From the NCBI GenBank assembly GCA_965226495.1, contig OZ245365.1, positions 4,896,001 to 4,960,000 on the forward strand: DNA of 64,000 bases, read 5' to 3'. Source of the stretch: Candidatus Marinacidobacterales bacterium (GTDB lineage: Bacteria; Acidobacteriota; Vicinamibacteria; Marinacidobacterales; DATDRI01). The translations under genes and the position numbers were made by a program. Shown here in pieces: positions 57,348-64,000 of the stretch; position 1 is the stretch's first letter, and each line of letters opens with the position of its first letter. The notes under the pieces were generated by a model. The model made no database searches and was not told where the DNA came from. It worked only from the letters and a program-made list of their open reading frames with translations.

Positions 57348-59156
57348 TCAGCCCATTTCGGCGAGATGCTGACGGACGCGCTCGGCCAAACGAGGGCCGA
57401 CGACGCCGGCGAGCTCCTCGACCGTCGCTTCTTTCACACGCTTGAGACTCTTGAAACGATCCATGAGGAGCTTCCTCTTGCGCGGCCCGATGCCTTGAAT
57501 GTCGTCCAATTTGGAGTGGAAGTCGCGTGCGGCTCTCCTTTGACGATGGAACGTGACCGCGAAGCGGTGCGCCTCGTCCCGGACCCGCTGTACCAGCTGC
57601 AGTGTGGGTGAACTCTTCGGAAGCACGATGGGCTCCGATCGACCGTTCTGGAAGAGCACTTCCTCTTTCTTGGCAATGCTTACCAACGGTAAGTGCGAAA
57701 GACCGAGCTCGGTAAGGGACGTGAGGGCCGCCGCGAGCTGACCCTTGCCACCGTCAATCAGTATCAAATCGGGCTGCTCGGCGCCTTCCTCGAGCACGCG
57801 ACGATAACGCCGCAAGACAACTTCCCGCATCGACGCAAAGTCGTCCGGTCCATCGGCAACGGTTTTGATCTTGTACTTGCGATGCTCGCTGCGCTTGGCC
57901 TGTCCATCTTCAAAGACCACCATCGAGGCCACGATGTCACTGCCTTGGATGTTAGAGACGTCGAAGCCTTCGATGCGGCGGGGCTCGTCGGGCAAGTCCA
58001 AGAGCTTGCGCAGAGCCTCGAGACGGGATGCAGCCTGGCGACCCTCCTCGTGATTGGCCAGCTCGAAGCCCAACCGGGCATTCCGACAGACCAAATCCAC
58101 CATGCGGCGCTTGCCGCCGCGGCGCGGCACTGCGATCTCTACCCGGCTTTCCCGTCGACTGGTAAGCCATTCCTGAACCAGCTCCCGCTCGGGAAAGTCG
58201 ATGGGCACATGAATCTCGGCGGGTAGATACCGCCCCAGCTCGTAATATTGTTTCAAGGACGCGCTCAGCACATCCGTGTCTTCCAGGGCTTCGAGCTTAT
58301 CCAAAACGAAACTGTCGCGATCGACGACCTTTCCCGAGCGCATCGAGAAAACCTGGAGCACCGCCTGGTCCCCTTCGCGGTAGTAGCCAAAGATATCCCT
58401 CTCCTCTCCGCGAACGGTCGCCATCTTTTGGCGGGTACTGAGATCCTCGAGAGTTCGCACCGTATCCCGCAACCGAGCCGCCTCTTCGAATCGCTCTTCC
58501 TCCGCGGCACGATGCATCTGTTTCTTGAGCGAAGAGACGAGGTCGTCGTTCTTCCCCTCCAGAAAAAGACGGGCGCTTGCCACCGTTTTCTTGTACTCCT
58601 CGAGGGTGGCGATGCTCTCGACGCAGGGCGCAACACATCGTTTGATCTGGTACTGGAGGCACGGGCGCGGACGGTGGCCGTCCAGCTTTTCGTTGCAGTT
58701 TCGGATGCCGAAGAGCCGATGCACTAGGTTCTGCGTCTTTCGCGCGAGACTCGCCGGAACATAGGGACCGGAGTAGACCTCGCCATCGGTTCCCGGCCGC
58801 CGGACGACGTATACCCGGGGGTAGTCCTCGCCAACCGTCAATTTTAGATAGGGGTGATTCTTGTCATCACGGAGGAGAACGTTGTATCGCGGCTTGTGGG
58901 ACTTGATGAGGCTGTTTTCGAGGACCAACGCCTCCCGCTCGGTGTCGGTGGCAACGACTTCGAGATCCCGGATGGACTCGATGAGTCGATCGAGACGGGG
59001 ACTATCGATGCGGGAGCCCTGGAAGTAAGAGCGAACCCGATCCTTCAACGAGCGAGCCTTGCCCACGTATAGGATCTGCCCGCCGCGACCGCGAAAGAGG
59101 TAGACGCCCGGTGTAGAAGGAAGCTCGGCCAGTTTTTGTGCTAGTACGTCGTTCAT
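57348..59156 (-). CDS. uvrC: Excinuclease ABC subunit C
   Basis: PGVY...YVGKA GIY-YIG, IEGFDVS, IDGGKGQ, RDEAHRFA, HhH. Confidence 0.97.
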   Translation of the reverse strand: MNDVLAQKLAELPSTPGVYLFRGRGGQILYVGKARSLKDRVRSYFQGSRIDSPRLDRLIESIRDLEVVATDTEREALVLENSLIKSHKPRYNVLLRDDKNHPYLKLTVGEDYPRVYVVRRPGTDGEVYSGPYVPASLARKTQNLVHRLFGIRNCNEKLDGHRPRPCLQYQIKRCVAPCVESIATLEEYKKTVASARLFLEGKNDDLVSSLKKQMHRAAEEERFEEAARLRDTVRTLEDLSTRQKMATVRGEERDIFGYYREGDQAVLQVFSMRSGKVVDRDSFVLDKLEALEDTDVLSASLKQYYELGRYLPAEIHVPIDFPERELVQEWLTSRRESRVEIAVPRRGGKRRMVDLVCRNARLGFELANHEEGRQAASRLEALRKLLDLPDEPRRIEGFDVSNIQGSDIVASMVVFEDGQAKRSEHRKYKIKTVADGPDDFASMREVVLRRYRRVLEEGAEQPDLILIDGGKGQLAAALTSLTELGLSHLPLVSIAKKEEVLFQNGRSEPIVLPKSSPTLQLVQRVRDEAHRFAVTFHRQRRAARDFHSKLDDIQGIGPRKRKLLMDRFKSLKRVKEATVEELAGVVGPRLAERVRQHLAEMG

Positions 59157-59182
59157 AGATCGTTTGCCTATAGAATAGCCCA

Positions 59183-60616
59183 GTGCTCACCCGTTTGAGG
59201 ACCGTCGCCTCCCCCGTCGCCCTGTTGGTTCTGTCACTTCTGTCACTTCTGTCACTTCTGCTCGCGCCCGGCCCACGAGCCGAAGCTCAAGCACCAGACG
59301 AGATTCTAGTCCGCGGTGGATGGCTATTCGATGGGACCGGTGACACGGTCATTCCCAACCCCGGCATCTTGATCCGCGGGGGGAAATTTCTCCAGATCGG
59401 CGGCGACCTTCCGGTAGCCCCAACCGAGGTCATCGAGCTCGGCGAGAGCGAGTACATTCTTCCAGGGTTCTTCGATCTCCACGCACACTACGCGCTCGAC
59501 TTATTCGGTCGAGGGCGTGTCGATGACACGCGAGCCAACCCCGCGATATTCCTTGCCAATGGCGTGACCTCGACCTTCCCCGCCGGAGAGGTCAACCCTG
59601 AAAAGATGCGGGAGTTACGACTGCGCATCGATCGTGGCGAACAAGCTGGGCCTCGTCTCTTCAATTCCGGTCCGTACTTTGGATCTGCTCGCTACAACTG
59701 GGATGCCGAAATGACGCCGGAAGAGATCCGACGTGAAGTCGACCACTGGGCCGCCAAGGGCGCACGCGGTTTCAAGGCAAAGGGCATCTCCCCCGACCAC
59801 CTCCGTGCTCTGATCGATCAAGCACACCGACATGGGATGACGGTCACGGGCCACCTTGGATCCGGCTTTCGCGATAGCGTCAACCCTCGCGACGCCATCC
59901 TCATGGGCATCGACCGTATCGAGCATTTCTTGGGTGGGGATGCCATCACCGACGACAAACCCGCATACTCCTCGCTGGTCGACGTGAAAGCCGACAGTCC
60001 CGAGACCGAGTCCATCGTGCGGATGTACCTTCGGCACGGAGTTTTCTTCGATGCGACGATGGGACCGTACGCCTGCGTGGGTCGTGCCGACGACGAGGTC
60101 TGTGAGTTCTTTGTCGATGAGACCAAGTACCTCACCCCGTACATGCGTGAGGTCTTGAGCGAGAGAACCCCGGAGCAGATCCAAGAGTTCGCCCAGATCT
60201 ACCGCGTCAAGCAGGAAACGGTTCGCGCCTTCTATGACGCCGGGGGGTCCGAGCTCATCACCCTCGGAACCGACCGTCCGAGCCGCGGCCATTACCTCTC
60301 GGGCTTCTACGCCCACCGCGAGATGCACGCGTTGACCAGAGCGGGAATTCCCACCGCGGCCGTGCTCAGAATCGCGACCGCCAACGGCGCCCGCGCCCTC
60401 GGCGTCGGAAGTTACTTGGGGACGGTCGAGCCGGGTAAGCTCGCAGATCTGGTAGTGGTTAGAGGGAATCCCCTGAGCGATATTCGGAATACTCGAAACG
60501 TGCGGCTCGTCATCAAGGCCGGGACCCCCCATGACCCGGCGGAGCTTCTGGCATCGGTTGCGGGCACCATCGGCCCCACCGGCCCGGAGGACGTCCCGAG
60601 CTGGGTCCGGTGGTAG
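59183..60616 (+). CDS. Exported amidohydrolase family protein
   Basis: PGFFDLHAH, LGTD, GKLADLVV; signal peptide. Confidence 0.88.
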   Translation: MLTRLRTVASPVALLVLSLLSLLSLLLAPGPRAEAQAPDEILVRGGWLFDGTGDTVIPNPGILIRGGKFLQIGGDLPVAPTEVIELGESEYILPGFFDLHAHYALDLFGRGRVDDTRANPAIFLANGVTSTFPAGEVNPEKMRELRLRIDRGEQAGPRLFNSGPYFGSARYNWDAEMTPEEIRREVDHWAAKGARGFKAKGISPDHLRALIDQAHRHGMTVTGHLGSGFRDSVNPRDAILMGIDRIEHFLGGDAITDDKPAYSSLVDVKADSPETESIVRMYLRHGVFFDATMGPYACVGRADDEVCEFFVDETKYLTPYMREVLSERTPEQIQEFAQIYRVKQETVRAFYDAGGSELITLGTDRPSRGHYLSGFYAHREMHALTRAGIPTAAVLRIATANGARALGVGSYLGTVEPGKLADLVVVRGNPLSDIRNTRNVRLVIKAGTPHDPAELLASVAGTIGPTGPEDVPSWVRW

Positions 60617-60664
60617 CCCCCCGGATGAGACTTGACCTGCGGCCCGATAACGACTAAAGAAACA

Positions 60665-60708
60665 GCACCGAGGGCGGAGGCACCGAGGGCGGAGGCATCG
60701 AGGCCGCA
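60665..60708. repeat. 15-bp tandem repeat x3
   Basis: GCACCGAGGGCGGAG x2 plus a degenerate third copy. Confidence 0.8.
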
Positions 60709-60813
60709 CTCACTGAGAAAGTGATTCTTCCGCGCACGACTCCTCCGGCTCGTCCTTTCCTTCGTCCTCGCCCTTGCTTTTGCCGTGCTGCCTACATTGG
60801 AAAGGAGTGTCTC

Positions 60814-61491
60814 ATGCGGACATTAACACTACTGGGATTGCTATCGGTCCTACTCGCGATCGGGATTGGCTGTGCCACGCCCGAGGAACGGATCGTTGAC
60901 TTCTACCTAACCGCGATCCGGGATGGCCAAGACGAAATGGTAGCCGGAGTCTCCTTGGTCAGTTTTCCTGAAGGGGACATCCAGTCTTGGGAGATCGTCG
61001 AGATCGGCCCGGAGTCAACCGAGCCCTACCAGCTGATCGAAATCCGGGATGCACATTTCGACGCGAAGGCGGCCTACGACGCAAAGACCGTGGAGAACGA
61101 CGAGTTTCTGCGGGCCAACGAGCGCAACGCTCTCCGCTATCAGCAGAAGATGAAAGACGAGCCAGACTACAAATACACCAGCGGTGTCCTGGCTGAATTC
61201 CAAGAGGTATGGGAAGAAAAAATCGAGACCCAAAAGGAGCTTCAGAACAAAGTAAAGGAGGCTGAAGAGGCTCTGGAGCGGGAAAGAAACAGCATCCGCA
61301 TGTCGGCCAGTATCCCACTCAAGAACTCCTTCAGAGGTGACGTAGCGGTCAAGAAGGCCAAGGTCAACGTGAACGGCGCGTCCGGCGCAAAGACCTACAC
61401 GCTAGTCTTGCGCAAGTACAATATCGTGGATTCCGACACCGGGCTCAGCCCCACCGCAAAGTGGATCCTCACCGACATCGAAGAAAGCTAG
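60814..61491 (+). CDS. Hypothetical lipoprotein
   Basis: AAGGAG RBS, lipobox-like IGIG-C, coiled-coil middle. Confidence 0.75.
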   Translation: MRTLTLLGLLSVLLAIGIGCATPEERIVDFYLTAIRDGQDEMVAGVSLVSFPEGDIQSWEIVEIGPESTEPYQLIEIRDAHFDAKAAYDAKTVENDEFLRANERNALRYQQKMKDEPDYKYTSGVLAEFQEVWEEKIETQKELQNKVKEAEEALERERNSIRMSASIPLKNSFRGDVAVKKAKVNVNGASGAKTYTLVLRKYNIVDSDTGLSPTAKWILTDIEES

Positions 61492-61536
61492 CCGTCAACC
61501 GATTGCTAACGTCGGGCATCAACAGACCCGCGGCGT

Positions 61537-62973
61537 CTACGGGAGTGGCTGGCCTCGGTGCGCCTCCCACCAGGTTCGCCATCGGGCAACGGCCTGTGCC
61601 TTACCTGTTTCCTCTCCCTGCGCATCGAAGCCAACGTCCTCACCGGTCGCCTGACCGAGCGCTTGAGCGGCCTGTGCCTGCAAGAACACCGGCGTGTCGG
61701 ATTCCAGAAGCTCTATCAGAGCCTCGATTCCAAGTATGTTGCGGCGAGCCAGAAGCGCTTCGGCGCCCCGAAGGCGTACCCAAGGATCGTCGGCGTGATA
61801 GGCAATCTCTTCCAAGAGCTCGTCGACATCGGCCCCCTCAGGTGCCCGAGCCAATGCCTTGACCGCGTTCTCACTCACCGGCAACTCACCGGTAGCCATC
61901 ATGCGGTGGACTTCTTCCTTCACCGACAAGAGCCGTGATATCGCATCGGCCGGCGGCTCCCCCTGGGAGTCTGCCATCTCGGCGAGCGCTTGGGTGGCAA
62001 GCTCGGCGGGATCCTGTGATGGCGCGGAGAAGGCACCCTCAGAAGGATGATGTGCGTCGCCCTCCGACATCGCGGCGGTACTAAAAGCTAGCCACAATCC
62101 GCCAACCAGCACCGTCCCAGTCGCCCCGACCTTCATCAGAGCGGCAAGCTTCTGTTCGGCCCCTATGAGATAGCGGATCACTCCGGCCAGAACGAGCCCG
62201 CCACCGAAGGTACAAACCACGGCCGGGCCGCTGGGAAGGTCGTACGCGAAGGATAGCGAGAGGCCGACCATGCTGACGAACGTTCCCACGACCCAGCCGA
62301 CGATCAGGCGGCCGGCGATGCTGCGGGCGAACAGCATCGCGATCACCGTGGGGATGATCAAGAAAGAAAAAACCAACAGGATCCCTGCCACCGGCACACT
62401 GTAGGTAATGACTAAACCGAAGGAAGTGTAGAAGAGAAAATCCCACCAACGCACACTCCATCCCTCGGTCTCCGCTCGCTCCGGCTCGAGTGACAGAGCC
62501 AGGAACCGGCGCCGGAACTGCCAGTGGAAGAGGCCAATCAAAACATAAGCGATCGAGGTCTTGATGATAAGCGGCCACGTCACCCATAGGAGCGCACCGG
62601 TCAACATCGCCTCGACGAACTCCGCACCGTGCGGCGACTGGTCGGCGATCAGAATCCCGCCCGCCGACGCGACGGCGAACGAGATACCGATGATCGCCTC
62701 TTTCGGGATGCGTTGTTCTGACAACCGCAAGACCGAGAAGACCCCCGCAGCGATGAACGCGAAGAGCAACGAGTAGAGGTAGCTCGCCGTCCCGTTAGGC
62801 TCGTAGCCCAACAGGAATGCAAAGGTTGCCCCAAGTGCGGCGATCTGCGCCAGGGCGAGATCGACAAAGATCACGCCGCGGGAAACCACATGGAGACCGA
62901 GGTAAACGTGGATCCCCATCAACACCAGGCAGGCGACGAAAGGCGCCAGCAGGACCTCGAACGCCAGTTCCAT
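61537..62973 (-). CDS. Metal ABC transporter permease (ZnuB-like) with C-terminal HEAT-like extension
   Basis: RGVIFVDLALAQIAALG, GILLVFSFLIIP, DLPSGPAVV; helical repeat tail ending WRTWWE. Confidence 0.88.
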   Translation of the reverse strand: MELAFEVLLAPFVACLVLMGIHVYLGLHVVSRGVIFVDLALAQIAALGATFAFLLGYEPNGTASYLYSLLFAFIAAGVFSVLRLSEQRIPKEAIIGISFAVASAGGILIADQSPHGAEFVEAMLTGALLWVTWPLIIKTSIAYVLIGLFHWQFRRRFLALSLEPERAETEGWSVRWWDFLFYTSFGLVITYSVPVAGILLVFSFLIIPTVIAMLFARSIAGRLIVGWVVGTFVSMVGLSLSFAYDLPSGPAVVCTFGGGLVLAGVIRYLIGAEQKLAALMKVGATGTVLVGGLWLAFSTAAMSEGDAHHPSEGAFSAPSQDPAELATQALAEMADSQGEPPADAISRLLSVKEEVHRMMATGELPVSENAVKALARAPEGADVDELLEEIAYHADDPWVRLRGAEALLARRNILGIEALIELLESDTPVFLQAQAAQALGQATGEDVGFDAQGEETGKAQAVARWRTWWEAHRGQPLP

Positions 62974-62981
62974 GATCTCTC

Positions 62982-64000
62982 CTAATCAGCCTGGCACTCG
63001 GGAAAGCCGGACTTCATCATGGCGATCCAGGTGTCCACGAGTGAAAAATAACTCGATGTCTCTTCCGACCCTCCGGTGTACTGAGGGGCGTACAGGAACT
63101 TCGCACCGGTACGCTCGGCCATCAAGGTTGGAATCCGCTCATCGAAGTAATCGGCGACCCAAAGCACCTGAATCTTCTCGGTGTGCATGAGCGCGATTAG
63201 GTCGGCAACGTGGGAGGCCGAGGGCGGGATCCCGGGACGTCGCTCCACGTAGTTCGCGATCTCGATACCGAATCGGTCGGTGAAATAGATCCAGTTCAGA
63301 TGATACGCGACGATACGCATGCCGCGGAGACATTCCGCCTCCTTCATCCACCCCCCCAGCTTCGAGGTCAGAGATTGGCCACCCATTTCGTTGCTCTCGA
63401 GGAAGGGCAAAAGCTCATGTCGCATTTCGAGCTTGGCCAGCTTGTCGCCGCCTACGAGCTCGACCAACTCGCGGCCGAACATCCGCGCGTAGATCCCGCG
63501 TTTGAAGTCCTGAAACCGCTCTTCGTAATAAGTAGCGTTGTCCGGGTCGACGTTGCGGAGCCCGGTCTGGATGTTCTTGGCGACGACCACCGCCCGCAAG
63601 GGATCGGTGTGGATGTGGGGGTTGCCGAAAATGTGGATATCCCCTCCCGCCCGGCTCGGGCTGTCTGGCACTTGAAGCATCGGCACGCCGGTCGAAACGG
63701 AAACGTACCCGATCTCGCCTTCGCGGATGCGAGGGTTGCGAGACTTGTCTATCACCGCTGGCATCCACATCTCGAGGTCGAGGCCGGTGGTGACCAAGAG
63801 GTCGGCTCGATTTATCATCATGGCGAAGCTAGGCTTCGCCTGAACGAAGTGAGCATCCTGGCGAGGCGCAGCGATGGCGGATACCTCCCCGCGCTCACCG
63901 AGAATCTCCTTGGCGATATCAGCGTACACCGTGAGTGACGCGACGACACTGAGGTCATCCTTTGGCCGTGCGTCCAATGCCGTGATGCCGAGTACGGAGC
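62982..64000 (-). CDS. Zn/Mn ABC transporter substrate-binding protein, 5' truncated by window edge
   Basis: QDAHF, GDIHIFGNPH, YH, PGIPPSASH. Confidence 0.9.
   Translation of the reverse strand, partial: SVLGITALDARPKDDLSVVASLTVYADIAKEILGERGEVSAIAAPRQDAHFVQAKPSFAMMINRADLLVTTGLDLEMWMPAVIDKSRNPRIREGEIGYVSVSTGVPMLQVPDSPSRAGGDIHIFGNPHIHTDPLRAVVVAKNIQTGLRNVDPDNATYYEERFQDFKRGIYARMFGRELVELVGGDKLAKLEMRHELLPFLESNEMGGQSLTSKLGGWMKEAECLRGMRIVAYHLNWIYFTDRFGIEIANYVERRPGIPPSASHVADLIALMHTEKIQVLWVADYFDERIPTLMAERTGAKFLYAPQYTGGSEETSSYFSLVDTWIAMMKSGFPECQAD

Noticed and set aside
60665-60708. Mini-CRISPR
   Set aside because: 15-bp units are directly adjacent with no spacers.

Overview
GC-rich bacterial chromosome segment, probably Acidobacteriota (inferred from gene families and order, e.g. 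the kinase N-terminus MSLTPGTKLGPYEILAPLGAGGMGEVY). About 19-64 kb is mostly housekeeping, on the minus strand: tRNA-Gly/Cys, galT, yraN, cysS, an RsbU/W/V-like module, ribF, mazG, comEC, birA, a divergent valS, a RomR-like regulator, icmF, IHF, rpsA, cmk, rluB, scpAB, trpS, uvrC and a metal ABC transporter. About 0.7-18.9 kb is accessory DNA stacked at the 3' end of tRNA-Leu(TAA). The outer island (toxin-antitoxin pair, AraC, arylsulfatase cluster, gene remnants) is bounded by a displaced tRNA 3' fragment that carries a 46-bp palindromic insertion in its T-loop. The inner ~9.1-kb element encodes a large serine recombinase and has no recognisable capsid, replicase or conjugation genes. It carries two long, densely hairpinned non-coding regions (candidate large ncRNAs), a perfect 32-bp palindrome, an iteron-like array, a mini-HNH, a SprT-like protease and a TerS-like protein. 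This inner element is the best candidate for an undescribed system. All calls come from reading the sequence; no searches or folding programs were run.
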